From Gammaproteobacteria bacterium (GTDB taxonomy: Bacteria > Pseudomonadota > Gammaproteobacteria > S012-40): a stretch of DNA of 64,000 bases. Made by a program: the position numbers and the translations under genes. The notes beneath the pieces were generated by a model, which ran no database searches, was not told the origin of the DNA, and saw only the letters and a program-made list of their open reading frames with translations. Of the stretch, positions 30,094-39,897 are shown piece by piece; the stretch's first letter is position 1, and the number at the start of each line of letters is the position of its first letter. The DNA is taken from positions 51,942 through 115,941 of the forward strand of contig WFPC01000015.1 in NCBI GenBank assembly GCA_015487785.1, given 5' to 3'.

Positions 30094-32055
30094 ATGTACG
30101 AAATACGTAAAGACGAACCGGACTATGCCTTCATTCCCGATGTGGATACCCCGCCCACCAACCAGTGGGGGGATCCCATCGAAACCGTGCCGGAAAATGA
30201 TGCAGTGGTCGGACAGCCGCTGGAGATCAATGGCGAACCGGTGGTGGGCACTAATCCCAACCGCTACAAGCAACACGGTTTTCATTTCACCGCCGACAAC
30301 TGTATCGGCTGTCATGCCTGTGAGGCGGCGTGCAGTGAGAAGAACAATCTGCCGCCGCACCTGAGCTTTCGTTCGGTGGGTTTTCTGGAGGGCGGCAGCT
30401 ACCCGGCCTATAAGCGCTTGAATATTTCCATGGCCTGCAACCATTGCGACAACCCTGTCTGCCTCAAGGGGTGTCCCACCCGGGCCTATACCAAGTATCC
30501 CGAGTACGGCGCGGTGATTCAGGATCCGGATACCTGTTTCGGATGTGGTTACTGCACCTGGGTCTGCCCCTACAATGCGCCGCAACTGGATCCGGTGGAA
30601 GGCCAGGTATCCAAGTGCAACATGTGCATCGACCGTCTGGAGGTGGGGCTCAAGCCCGCCTGTGCGGCGGCTTGCCTGGGAGGGGCGCTGGATTTTGGCC
30701 TGATCGAGACCACGCCCCCCAACCGGGAACAGGCCAAGATCAAGATTCCCGGTTTTCCCGATCCCAGCATCACCCATCCCAATATCCGTTTTCAGCAGGT
30801 CAAGACCCTGCCACGGGACATGACCCGGGCCGACACCATGCCCTTGCACTACATGAACGATGAGCAGGGGCGCGGTGAGGAATACAAACCCAAACCGTTG
30901 GTGAAGGAGCGCAAGAAGGAGTGGAACTGGCGGGATCTCAGTTCCCGAGAAAATCCCCTGGTGGTGTTCACCCTCATTTCCCAGGCGGTTGTGGGCGGTT
31001 TCCTGGCGCTTTTCCTCGGACCCTTGCTGGGTCTGGAGGAACTCTCCCGTGAGGCTCATCCGGTGGCTTATGCCGCGGCCTTGTTGCTGATGTTGGGCCT
31101 GCAGGGCATTGCCCTGGTGGTGTCCACCATGCACTTGGGCAAGCCGCATCGCTTCTACCGCGCGTTCAACAATCTCAAGTATTCCCCGGTGAGCCGGGAG
31201 GTGGCCTCCCTGGCGGTGTTCTTCACCTTCTTTGCGCTCTACACCGTGCTCAATACCGGTTTGTTCAATTGGCTGCCGGAGTGGTTGCTGGGCGGGCTGA
31301 GCTTTATCATCGGCCTGGCGGCGGCATTCTCGGGCCTGGTCTTCATCTATGCCATGCACAAGATCTATCGTATCCCGGCAAGACCTTTCTGGAATCACTG
31401 GCAAGTGTTGACCAGTTTCTATGGCAACATGCTCAGCCTGGGAGGGCTGTTGGCGGGGCTGGTGTTCGCCACCGCCCTGGTGTTGCAGGGTGAATCCTTC
31501 GCCGGGCTCATGGGGATGCTGGCTTTGCCCATGCTGCTGGGTCTGGCCATGGAGGCCTATGGCCTCTATCGCCATGGCAAGGACATGGATGCACGGGGCG
31601 GCGAGGGCGCCGCGGCACATCTGCGCCAGCAGACCCATTTTGGATATACCGCGCGCGTGCGTCACATCGGCCTGGGGCTGGGCATGCTCCTGGTGGCCGT
31701 GCTGGGGTTCGCCGGGGCTGATGGCTGGCTGGGGTTGGCGGGCTGGCTGCTGACGGCCCTGGTGATGATTGCCACGGCGGTGATCGGTCGCGCTCTGTTC
31801 TATGTGCTGGTGATCCCCACCACCATGCCGGGCGCCTTCTTCTGGCGCAATCCGGGCTTCCAGGAACATGCCCGGGAGACGGGTCTGGCACGCATGCCCC
31901 AGGTGGGGGTGGTGCCCAAGACCGATTATCACCACGAGCATCTGGCGCGTGCCAAACGCGAACTCAAGGAAGAGTGGGAGGAAATCCGCCGTATCGGTTA
32001 CAAGGCCGCGTTCAAGCGGGCCTGGCAGTTCGCCATCACCCGCCTGGATTATTGA
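30094..32055 (+). CDS. Fusion protein: DmsB-like 4x[4Fe-4S] ferredoxin domain + DmsC-like 8-TM membrane anchor
   Basis: Four Cys clusters (CIGCHACEAAC; CNHCDNPVCLKGCP; CFGCGYCTWVCP; CNMCIDRLEVGLKPACAAAC) in residues about 70-200. Then about 8 predicted TM helices (residues about 290-600). No signal peptide. Confidence 0.75.
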   Translation: MYEIRKDEPDYAFIPDVDTPPTNQWGDPIETVPENDAVVGQPLEINGEPVVGTNPNRYKQHGFHFTADNCIGCHACEAACSEKNNLPPHLSFRSVGFLEGGSYPAYKRLNISMACNHCDNPVCLKGCPTRAYTKYPEYGAVIQDPDTCFGCGYCTWVCPYNAPQLDPVEGQVSKCNMCIDRLEVGLKPACAAACLGGALDFGLIETTPPNREQAKIKIPGFPDPSITHPNIRFQQVKTLPRDMTRADTMPLHYMNDEQGRGEEYKPKPLVKERKKEWNWRDLSSRENPLVVFTLISQAVVGGFLALFLGPLLGLEELSREAHPVAYAAALLLMLGLQGIALVVSTMHLGKPHRFYRAFNNLKYSPVSREVASLAVFFTFFALYTVLNTGLFNWLPEWLLGGLSFIIGLAAAFSGLVFIYAMHKIYRIPARPFWNHWQVLTSFYGNMLSLGGLLAGLVFATALVLQGESFAGLMGMLALPMLLGLAMEAYGLYRHGKDMDARGGEGAAAHLRQQTHFGYTARVRHIGLGLGMLLVAVLGFAGADGWLGLAGWLLTALVMIATAVIGRALFYVLVIPTTMPGAFFWRNPGFQEHARETGLARMPQVGVVPKTDYHHEHLARAKRELKEEWEEIRRIGYKAAFKRAWQFAITRLDY

Positions 32056-32069
32056 AGCAGCGCTGTCTC

Positions 32070-32095
32070 ATGGGGCCATGTTAGGATGGCCCCAT
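32070..32095 (+). terminator. Stem-loop downstream of the DmsBC-like gene (weak terminator; overlaps CPBP start)
   Basis: atggggccat-gttagg-atggccccat. A T-stretch cttttct follows about 9 nt later. Confidence 0.35.
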
Positions 32096-32519
32096 GAGGA
32101 CGGCTTTTCTGCGCGATCCTGTTTTCTGGCTGGCCATGGGTGCCGGTCCCCTGGGCTGGTTGCTGTTGCGCGAACTGGGCCATGTGCGGCCAGCCACGGA
32201 CTGGGCTGGCTTGGTCCTGGTGGTGGTGACCCATCCGCTGCTCGAGGAGCTGGCGTTTCGTGGCTGGTTGCAGGGCCGGTTGTTGACAAATGCTTCGGGC
32301 CGGACTCGCCGCTATGGTATTTCCCGGGCCAATTTCCTTACCAGCCTGGCCTTTGTCATCTTTCACCTGATCAGCCAGATGTCCCTGTGGGCCCTGCTGT
32401 TGTTGTTTCCTTCGCTGATCTTCGGTTACCTGCGCGAACGCCACCAGAGCGTACTCTCGGCTGTGGTGCTGCACATGTTTTATAACGCGGGGCTCTACGG
32501 TTTTTTGCCCTCGGCTTGA
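32094..32519 (+). CDS. CPBP-family intramembrane glutamic endopeptidase (CAAX-protease/Abi-like), short form
   Basis: 141 aa. EELAFRGW (EExxxR), FVIFHL (FxxxH), VVLHMFYN (HxxxN) motifs on TM helices. Confidence 0.7.
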   Translation: MRTAFLRDPVFWLAMGAGPLGWLLLRELGHVRPATDWAGLVLVVVTHPLLEELAFRGWLQGRLLTNASGRTRRYGISRANFLTSLAFVIFHLISQMSLWALLLLFPSLIFGYLRERHQSVLSAVVLHMFYNAGLYGFLPSA

Positions 32520-32863
32520 AGCCGCGCCAAATGGCGCTGCAGGGTGGCGATACGGCGCTCCAGAGCCACCACGTCGGGATGGGCGGGCATCAGATCCTGG
32601 AGCAATTCGGCGCGTCGTTTTTTCAGGCTATCGATGTGTGCCCGCAAGAGCCGCGGATCCTGTTCATGGAGTTCGGCCTGATCGTTGTGACGAGCCTCCA
32701 AGCGGCGTACACGTTGCGTCAGGGACCTCACTTGCTGCTCCAACAGGTGCAGTTTGGCAGTCTGCCGGTGCAATTGCTGTTCATGGCGCTGCTGGGCACA
32801 GCCGCTCAACAGCAATAACAGAAGGAGCCAGAAGCACAATGCGGGGAGGTGGGGTGAGCGCAT
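32495..32863 (-). CDS. Coiled-coil lipoprotein, hypothetical
   Basis: Start at MRSPHLPALCFWLLLLLLLSGC (lipobox LSGC). The rest is predicted coiled coil (QQVRSLTQRVRRLEARHNDQ...). The longer track ORF is an upstream extension. Confidence 0.5.
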   Translation of the reverse strand: MRSPHLPALCFWLLLLLLLSGCAQQRHEQQLHRQTAKLHLLEQQVRSLTQRVRRLEARHNDQAELHEQDPRLLRAHIDSLKKRRAELLQDLMPAHPDVVALERRIATLQRHLARLQAEGKKP

Positions 32864-32891
32864 ATAGCAATCATGCCATAATTGCTTTCTT

Positions 32892-33278
32892 TTGATGAAG
32901 GGGAAAACCATGTTGCGATGGTTCTGGCTGCCGTGTGCGGCGCTTGCCTTGGTGGCCTGTGGTAGTGCCGACCAGACGACTCTCAAATTGCACAACGACC
33001 CCAAGGCGGCCCAGGCCGTGGAGTTGGCGCGCAAGAATGGCTGTCTCAACTGTCACGGGGTGACCAATTCCATCATTGGTCCGGCCTGGGTGCTGGTGTC
33101 CGAGCGCTACAAGAATGCACCCGATGCCCGGGCCCTGCTGATCGAGAAGGTGAAGAAGGGGGGTAACGGTTCCTGGAACACGATCACCGGCGGCGCAGTG
33201 ATGCCGGCGCACGAGAACCGGGTATCACAGCAACACATCGAGACCCTGGTGGATTTCATCCTCTCGCTCAAGCGTTGA
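32892..33278 (+). CDS. c-type cytochrome lipoprotein (single CxxCH)
   Basis: Lipoprotein signal LALVACGS. Heme-binding motif CLNCHG. Distal Met candidate in GGAVMPAH. About 13 kDa, class I cytochrome c-like. Confidence 0.75.
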   Translation: MMKGKTMLRWFWLPCAALALVACGSADQTTLKLHNDPKAAQAVELARKNGCLNCHGVTNSIIGPAWVLVSERYKNAPDARALLIEKVKKGGNGSWNTITGGAVMPAHENRVSQQHIETLVDFILSLKR

Positions 33279-33324
33279 GCACAAAAGAAAAGAATAGAGG
33301 GTCGCCGGATGGCAACCCTCGATT

Positions 33325-33400
33325 TGGCTCCCCGAGCCGGACTCGAACCAGCGACCCAGTGGTTAACAGCCACTTGCTCTACCAACTGAGCTATCGGGGA
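33325..33400 (-). tRNA. tRNA-Asn (GTT)
   Basis: Reverse complement TCCCCGATAGCTCAGTTGGTAGAGCAAGTGGCTGTTAACCACTGGGTCGCTGGTTCGAGTCCGGCTCGGGGAGCCA. 7-bp acceptor stem, anticodon loop CTGTTAA, encoded CCA. Confidence 0.93.
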
Positions 33401-33474
33401 ATAGTTGGAGCCGCGTATATTAATGGGGCTTGTCGCCGGGGTCAATAGTTTGAAGTAAGTAATTGAGCCCTTGC

Positions 33475-34662
33475 CTATTTTTTCAACACGACGCTGAGCC
33501 GGTCGAGGGCTTCGTCGAGCATTTCCAGGGAGGTGGCGAAGGACAGGCGCATGAAACCGGGGGCGCCAAAGGCCGAGCCCGGTACCAGGGCCACGCCGGC
33601 TTTTTCCAGCAGCCATTCGCCTAGGCTCACGTCGTCCTCGATGCCATTCAGGCTGTCGATCACCCGGCTGAAATCCGGGAACAGGTAGAAAGCGCCCTGG
33701 GCCTCGGGGCAGCGCACGCCCGGAAGTTCATTGAGGCGCTGGCGTACGTGACGGTAGCGTTTTTCGAAGGTTTCGGTCATCTGGCGAATGAAACCCTGGT
33801 CCTGCTCCAGGGCGGCGCGGGCCGCGGCCTGGGAGATGGACGCTGGGTTGGAGGTACTTTGAGACTGGATGGTCTTCATGGCCTTGATCACGGAGGCCGG
33901 CCCGGCGGCGTAACCTATGCGCCAGCCGGTCATGGCATAGGCCTTGGAGACACCGTTGAGAATCATGGTCTGGGGATAAAGCTCGGGGCAGGCGTTGAGA
34001 ATATTGCGGCAGGGTTGGCCACCCCAGACGATGGCCTCGTAGATGTCATCGCTGACCACCAGCACCTGGGGATGGCGCAACAAGATCTCGCCCAGATCGC
34101 GCAGTTCGCCCTGCGAGTAGACCGCGCCGGTTGGATTGGAAGGACTGTTGAGCACCACCATGCGGGTGCGCGCCGTGATGGCGGCATCCAGTTGCTCCGG
34201 GGTAATCTTGAAGCCCTGGTCCATGCCAGCCTGAAGGATCACCGGCACCCCGCCGGCCAGTTCCACCATGGGAGGATAGGAAACCCAGTAGGGCGCCGGC
34301 ACGACGACCTCGTCACCAGGGTCGAGCAGGGCCTGGGCCAGGTTGTAGAAGCTGTGTTTGCCACCGCAGGAGACCAGGATCTGTTCCGGCTGGTAGTCGA
34401 GAGCGTTGTCGCGCTTGAACTTGCCAACGATGGCGGACTTCAGCTCCGGCGTGCCGTCTACCGCGGTATAACGGGTCTGCCCCTGCTCGATGGCCGCGAT
34501 GGCAGCAGTCTTGATGTGTTCGGGGGTGTCGAAATCCGGTTCGCCCGCGCCCAGGCCGATGATGTCGTGTCCGGCGGCGCGCAGCTCGCCGGCGCGGGCC
34601 GTGACCGCCAGGGTGGGAGAGGGCTTGATGTTCTTGACGCGCTGGGACAGGGGAATGTTCAA
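33475..34662 (-). CDS. Pyridoxal-phosphate-dependent aminotransferase (AspC-like, class I)
   Basis: 395 aa. [16 protein letters not shown], the [13 protein letters not shown] Lys-containing motif. Confidence 0.9.
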   Translation of the reverse strand: MNIPLSQRVKNIKPSPTLAVTARAGELRAAGHDIIGLGAGEPDFDTPEHIKTAAIAAIEQGQTRYTAVDGTPELKSAIVGKFKRDNALDYQPEQILVSCGGKHSFYNLAQALLDPGDEVVVPAPYWVSYPPMVELAGGVPVILQAGMDQGFKITPEQLDAAITARTRMVVLNSPSNPTGAVYSQGELRDLGEILLRHPQVLVVSDDIYEAIVWGGQPCRNILNACPELYPQTMILNGVSKAYAMTGWRIGYAAGPASVIKAMKTIQSQSTSNPASISQAAARAALEQDQGFIRQMTETFEKRYRHVRQRLNELPGVRCPEAQGAFYLFPDFSRVIDSLNGIEDDVSLGEWLLEKAGVALVPGSAFGAPGFMRLSFATSLEMLDEALDRLSVVLKK

Positions 34663-34733
34663 GCGACTACCTCGTGTGGGACATTTCCGAAACTGCTAAT
34701 ATACTCGATTGTTTTAACGGTCAGAAAGCAAAA

Positions 34734-36749
34734 ATGTCAAAAAAATTTCAGCTCCAGGCGCCATACAAGCCGGCGGGTGACCAGCCCACAGCCATCGAGC
34801 AGTTGGTGGCCGGGCTGGAGGCCGGCGAGGCCTATCTGACCCTGTTGGGGGTAACCGGCTCTGGCAAGACCTTCACCATGGCCAATGTCATCCAGCGTTT
34901 GCAGCGCCCGGCTCTGATCATGGCGCCCAACAAGACCCTGGCCGCTCAGCTCTATGGCGAGATGAAGGAGTTTTTTCCCTTCAATGCAGTGGAATATTTT
35001 GTTTCCTATTACGACTATTATCAGCCCGAGGCGTATGTGCCGGCCTCCGATACCTTCATCGAGAAGGATGCCTCGGTTAACGAGCATATCGAACAAATGC
35101 GCTTGTCGGCCACCAAGGCGCTGCTGGAGCGGCGCGATACAGTGATCGTGGCCACGGTGTCGGCCATCTATGGTTTGGGTGATCCCCATGCCTATCTCAG
35201 TATGATGCTGCATCTGGTGCGCGGCGATCAAATCGACCAACGCCGCATTCTGCGCCGTCTGGCCGAGTTGCAATACCGGCGTAACGAGGTGGATCTGCAG
35301 CGGGGCAGTTTTCGCGTCCGTGGCGATGTGATCGATGTGTTTCCGGCCGAGTCCGATCGCGAGGCCATTCGTATTGAACTGTTCGATGACGAGGTGGATT
35401 CGCTGGCCTATTTCGATCCCCTCACCGGCGAGGTGATCCGGCGGGTGCCGCGTATCACTGTTTATCCCACGACCCACTATGTCACCCCGCGCCAGACTCT
35501 TCTCGATGCCATCGAGCAAATCAAGGAGGAATTGCGTGAACGCCTGGCCCAGTTGCGCGAACAGAACAAGCTGGTGGAGGCCCAGCGCCTGGAACAGCGG
35601 GTCCAGATGGATATCGAAATGATGCGCGAATTGGGTTATTGCAATGGCATCGAAAACTATTCACGTTATCTCTCCGGGCGCAAAGCGGGTGAGCCTCCGC
35701 CCACCTTGTTCGACTACCTGCCCGAGGATGCCTTGCTGTTTCTCGACGAGAGTCATGTCACCGTGCCCCAGATCGGGGGTATGTACCGGGGTGACCGTTC
35801 GCGCAAGGAAACCCTGGTGGAATACGGCTTTCGGCTGCCCTCGGCGCTGGACAACCGGCCCTTGCGTTTCGAGGAGTTCGAACGCCTCAGCCCACAGACG
35901 GTGTTCGTCTCCGCCACACCCGGCCCCTATGAAGAACAACACTCGGGCCAGGTGATCGAACAGGTGGTACGGCCCACTGGCCTGGTGGATCCCTCCATCG
36001 AAATCCGCCCGGTGGCCATCCAGGTGGACGACTTGCTGTCGGAGATCAACCACACCGTTGAACGCAACGAACGGGTGCTGGTAACCACGTTGACCAAACG
36101 CATGGCGGAGAATCTCACCGACTACCTGTTGGAACACGGGGTACAGGTGCGCTACCTGCATTCCGACATCGATACCGTGGAGCGGGTGGAGATCCTGCGC
36201 GACCTGCGCCTGGGCGCCTTCGACGTGCTGGTGGGCATCAACCTGCTGCGGGAAGGCTTGGACATCCCCGAAGTGTCCCTGGTGGCCATTCTAGACGCCG
36301 ACAAGGAAGGTTTCCTGCGTTCCGAGCGCTCCTTGATCCAGACCATCGGGCGGGCCGCGCGCAACATCCATGGCCGGGTGATCATGTATGCCGACAGCGT
36401 CACCGCCTCGATGAAGAAGGCCATCGACGAAACCGAGCGCCGGCGCCAGAAACAACTGAGCTATAACCGCCTCCACGGCATCACCCCCAAGGGTGTGGAA
36501 AAGGCGGTCAAGGACGTGATGGAAGGAGCCAGTCCCGTCACGCCTGCGGCATCGGCGCAGCGGTTTTCCCAGGTGGCCGAGGAAGTGATCGAATACGCCG
36601 GTCTCACGCCCGCCCAGTTGCAGCGCAAGATCAAAAAGCTGGAACAACGCATGCAACAACATGCCCGCGACCTGGAATTCGAGGAGGCCGCCCGCCTGCG
36701 CGACCGTATCCGGCAATTGCAGGAAGCCAACATGGGCATTCCCGGGTAG
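34734..36749 (+). CDS. uvrB: Excinuclease ABC subunit B
   Basis: Start at [17 protein letters not shown] (E. coli MSKPFKLNSAFKPSGDQ). Walker A GVTGSGKT, helicase motifs, C-terminal UvrC-interaction coiled coil. Confidence 0.97.
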   Translation: MSKKFQLQAPYKPAGDQPTAIEQLVAGLEAGEAYLTLLGVTGSGKTFTMANVIQRLQRPALIMAPNKTLAAQLYGEMKEFFPFNAVEYFVSYYDYYQPEAYVPASDTFIEKDASVNEHIEQMRLSATKALLERRDTVIVATVSAIYGLGDPHAYLSMMLHLVRGDQIDQRRILRRLAELQYRRNEVDLQRGSFRVRGDVIDVFPAESDREAIRIELFDDEVDSLAYFDPLTGEVIRRVPRITVYPTTHYVTPRQTLLDAIEQIKEELRERLAQLREQNKLVEAQRLEQRVQMDIEMMRELGYCNGIENYSRYLSGRKAGEPPPTLFDYLPEDALLFLDESHVTVPQIGGMYRGDRSRKETLVEYGFRLPSALDNRPLRFEEFERLSPQTVFVSATPGPYEEQHSGQVIEQVVRPTGLVDPSIEIRPVAIQVDDLLSEINHTVERNERVLVTTLTKRMAENLTDYLLEHGVQVRYLHSDIDTVERVEILRDLRLGAFDVLVGINLLREGLDIPEVSLVAILDADKEGFLRSERSLIQTIGRAARNIHGRVIMYADSVTASMKKAIDETERRRQKQLSYNRLHGITPKGVEKAVKDVMEGASPVTPAASAQRFSQVAEEVIEYAGLTPAQLQRKIKKLEQRMQQHARDLEFEEAARLRDRIRQLQEANMGIPG

Positions 36750-36762
36750 CCGGGTAGAGGCG

Positions 36763-38286
36763 TCATTGCGGCAGTTGACAGACGCCCAGCTTGATGCGCA
36801 TCAATGAGATGTCGTCGGCGGGAGGACGCTCGCCCATGTGTTCCAGCACGGCCCGGCGGATGGCTTGAAGCAGGCTCTCGTCGTCCTCGTTGTCCTCGAT
36901 CACCCGTAACAAACGCTCACTGCCGAACAGATTGCCCTGGGAATCCAGGGCCTCGGTGACACCGTCGCTCATCAGCAGCAGGGAGGCCGGAGCCTCCACC
37001 TCGATGCATTCACCCTCACCGAGTTCCTGGACGGCGGTGATACCCAGGGGGAGCTGGCGCGAGGGAAAAGTCCGCACAAGCTCGCCTTCACTGGATATCA
37101 GCAAGGCCTCGGGCAGACCGCAGTTCCACAGCTGGAGGTACTGGCGCGCGGGATCGAGGCGCACGAAAATTCCGGCACAATAGCGTTCCACCGGCAGCAC
37201 CGTGCTGAGCTTGCGATTGAGTTCGGCGAGAATCTTCTCCGGTGCCATGTTCTTGCGGCTCATGCCTTGTACGATGCCGGCGGCAATCAGGGTGCCCACC
37301 GCCGCCGGCAAACCGTGACCGGTGAAATCCCCCAGGAACAGATTGAGACTGCCGTCGGGACAACAGGCGTGCAGGAGAATGTCGCCACTGAAGTGACTGG
37401 CGGCCAGATTCCATTCCTCCAATTCCAGCGGCAGGCGGGACTGATTTTGTTGCAGTACCGACTGGAACACCTGCTGTGCCAGTTTCATTTCCTCCTCGGT
37501 GCGTTCACGATAGTGTTCCAGTTCCCGCTGTACCCGGGCGATGTTGCGGAACATGCGGATCTTGGCATCGAGCAGGCAGGGAGAAGCATTGCGTGGCAAG
37601 AAGTCGTTACAGCCGGTATCGAGACAGTTCTCCAGCTTGCAGATGTCGTCCTGATCGGCCAGCAGGATCACGGGAATGTCTTCGCCCACCTGTTTCCTGA
37701 CCCTGGCCATGAGTTCATGCAAGGGGGCGCCGGGCAGGTCGGCGCGCAGAAAAATCAGCTCGGGTTTGCGTTGCTGCAGAATCGCCAGCACACTCTCGGC
37801 ATCGTGCGCCGGATAGATGCGATGGCCCATTTTCTCCAGCGCCAGGGTGAAACGGCCACGTATCTCGAGATTGCTTTCGGCCAGCAGCACGCGGCTGCCG
37901 CTGAAAGGCTCGCGCGCGGCGCTCGCGGACGCCACGGTGGGCTGACTCGCCCCGGTTTGGAGGGAAGGGTGGCGCATGTGTGACAGTAGTTCGTCGAAAC
38001 CGTTTTGCAGATGCCGGTAGTCGTCTTTGCCGGGATCACAGCCGCCGGAACGCCACTGCTTGAGCTGGTTTTGCAAGCTGCGAGCGGCCTGGCTGATGGC
38101 CGTGTAGCCAAAGGTGGAGCCGGAACCGGCCAGGCCATGGACGAGTTGCTGGAGTTCATCCAGGTGTTCGGTATCGGGCTGTTGCAGATAAGCGCGCCAG
38201 AGATTCTCCAGCTTGTCGATCTTTTCCGGCAGGGCGTTCCGGTAGGCCGTCTTGAGGTGAACCAGCTTGTTGTGGAAATCATTCAT
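36763..38286 (-). CDS. Signal-transduction protein: N-terminal Hpt domain, atypical receiver-like domain, C-terminal PP2C/SpoIIE phosphatase
   Basis: Hpt-like HGLAGSGSTFG near residue 50. Central REC-like fold with non-canonical acid pocket (LLAESN...FLRADLPG...DFLPR). C-terminal PP2C/SpoIIE motifs (GDFTGHG, LLMSDGVTE). Confidence 0.65.
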   Translation of the reverse strand: MNDFHNKLVHLKTAYRNALPEKIDKLENLWRAYLQQPDTEHLDELQQLVHGLAGSGSTFGYTAISQAARSLQNQLKQWRSGGCDPGKDDYRHLQNGFDELLSHMRHPSLQTGASQPTVASASAAREPFSGSRVLLAESNLEIRGRFTLALEKMGHRIYPAHDAESVLAILQQRKPELIFLRADLPGAPLHELMARVRKQVGEDIPVILLADQDDICKLENCLDTGCNDFLPRNASPCLLDAKIRMFRNIARVQRELEHYRERTEEEMKLAQQVFQSVLQQNQSRLPLELEEWNLAASHFSGDILLHACCPDGSLNLFLGDFTGHGLPAAVGTLIAAGIVQGMSRKNMAPEKILAELNRKLSTVLPVERYCAGIFVRLDPARQYLQLWNCGLPEALLISSEGELVRTFPSRQLPLGITAVQELGEGECIEVEAPASLLLMSDGVTEALDSQGNLFGSERLLRVIEDNEDDESLLQAIRRAVLEHMGERPPADDISLMRIKLGVCQLPQ

Positions 38287-38468
38287 CTAGGTCGTGTCGT
38301 GCTGCTTTCGCATGCCCGTCCCTGGCAGTTGTTCAGTCATCGGCCCGTCGGGGGCTTGCCTTGAGTTTTCCGGCTTGCCAAACGGCGCTCAAGACGCCAC
38401 TATCCCGCGCAGCACCTGCCGATCGTGTTCTCACCACAAAGTATTAACATTGCCGTGAAATTTTACAA

Positions 38469-39092
38469 GTGAAGAAAATCGATTCATCCGTGACCACCGT
38501 GGTGGATGTGCTGCGCCATGGCGAACCCCGTGGAGGCGCGGTCTACCGGGGACAGGCCGATCATCCCCTGAGCGAGCGGGGTTGGCGTCAGATGTGGCGC
38601 GCCGTGGCCGACGAGCCTCCCTGGCAGGCGGTGGTCAGCTCCAGTCTGAGCCGTTGCGCCGAGTTTGCCCGTGAACTGGCCGCGCGGCGGGATTTGCCCC
38701 TGTATATCGAACCGGCTCTACGGGAAATCGGTTTTGGCGACTGGGAGGGCATGTCCGCGGCCGAGATCCGGCAGCGGGACCCCCTGGCGCTGGAGCGCTA
38801 CTGGGCCGATCCCATAGCTTGCACACCGCCCGGAGGCGAGTCCTTCGCTGATTTTCGGCGGCGCGTCCTCATGGCCTGGGAAGAACTATTGCGACGTCTG
38901 GCGGGCCGCCAGTGGTTGTTGGTGGCCCATGGTGGCGTGATCCGGGTGTTGCTGTGCGAAGTCTTGGGCTTGGAGCCACAGCGCATGTTTCACCTGGAGG
39001 TGGCTTTTGCCGGACGCTTGCGCCTGATCCAGGAAGGTGAGGGCAACGCAGCTCACCTTCGCCTCGTGTTTCCCACCGAGCATCGGCGATGA
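38469..39092 (+). CDS. cobC: Histidine phosphatase family protein, likely alpha-ribazole phosphatase
   Basis: RHGE motif (VLRHGEP). Length 207 aa. 4-nt overlap with cobS downstream. Confidence 0.7.
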   Translation: MKKIDSSVTTVVDVLRHGEPRGGAVYRGQADHPLSERGWRQMWRAVADEPPWQAVVSSSLSRCAEFARELAARRDLPLYIEPALREIGFGDWEGMSAAEIRQRDPLALERYWADPIACTPPGGESFADFRRRVLMAWEELLRRLAGRQWLLVAHGGVIRVLLCEVLGLEPQRMFHLEVAFAGRLRLIQEGEGNAAHLRLVFPTEHRR

Positions 39093-39838
39093 AAGCGGTT
39101 CTGCGTGCCCTGGGAGGAGCCTTGCAATTTCTCACCCGCCTGCCCCTGCCGTTGCCCCAGTCCTGGTGGCCGTGGGACATGCCCCGGGTGGCACTGGCCT
39201 TTCCGGCGGTGGGCTTGTTGATCGGCCTGGTGTTGTGGCTGGCGGCCGTGCTGCTGGGTGGCACTCAGGTCGAGTTGGTGGCGGCCCTGTTGCTTACCCT
39301 GTGGGTGTTGATCACCGGCAATCTGCATCTGGATGGACTGGCCGACAGTGCCGATGCCTGGGCCGGTGGCCTGGGTGACCGGGCGCGCAGCCTGGAAATC
39401 CTGCGGGATCCTCGTTGCGGCCCGGCGGCACTGAGCCTGGTATTGCTCACTCTGATATTGAAATATGCCGCCTTGCTGGTGTTATTACGCGTGGGCGAGA
39501 TTGCGCCGGCCATATGGCTGGCGCCCCTGCTGGCGCGCGCCGGTGCGCTGTGGCTGTTGAGCAATACCGAAGCAGCCCACCAGGGCAGTCTGCTGATACC
39601 CTTTCGCCAGGGCTTGTCTAGGCGCTCTCGCAATGGGGTGTTGCTGATGACGGGCGGGCTTTGTCTGTTGGTGGCCGGGTGGCATGGCTTGTGGATCCTG
39701 CTGGCTGCCTTTGCTCTGGGAGCCTGGTTGCGCCGGATGAGCCGGCAGCGATTGGGGGGGCTCACCGGTGATACCCTGGGGGCGGCCATCGAATGGCTGG
39801 AGTTGCTGGTATTGCTGGGTTTCGCCCTGGCGGTGTGA
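39089..39838 (+). CDS. cobS: Adenosylcobinamide-GDP ribazoletransferase (cobalamin synthase)
   Basis: 249 aa polytopic membrane protein. Motifs LHLDGLADSADA and GGLTGDTLGA. Confidence 0.9.
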   Translation: MKAVLRALGGALQFLTRLPLPLPQSWWPWDMPRVALAFPAVGLLIGLVLWLAAVLLGGTQVELVAALLLTLWVLITGNLHLDGLADSADAWAGGLGDRARSLEILRDPRCGPAALSLVLLTLILKYAALLVLLRVGEIAPAIWLAPLLARAGALWLLSNTEAAHQGSLLIPFRQGLSRRSRNGVLLMTGGLCLLVAGWHGLWILLAAFALGAWLRRMSRQRLGGLTGDTLGAAIEWLELLVLLGFALAV

Positions 39839-39897
39839 GGGGTAGGGGATGATTCCTGATATAATCACTCTCCAATTGGAATTTGACGGAGGTTGTG

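Noticed and set aside
33289-33321. Stem-loop gagggtcgccggatggcaaccctc between cytochrome c gene and tRNA-Asn as a terminator
   Set aside because: There is a 6-bp stem only and no adjacent T-tract on either strand; too weak to call.
38287-38468. Possible cobalamin riboswitch upstream of cobC-cobS
   Set aside because: The 182-nt leader contains GCCACT but lacks the conserved B12-box context (CCCGCCACTG...GGGAAGGC) and the paired stems. It does not look like a cobalamin riboswitch.
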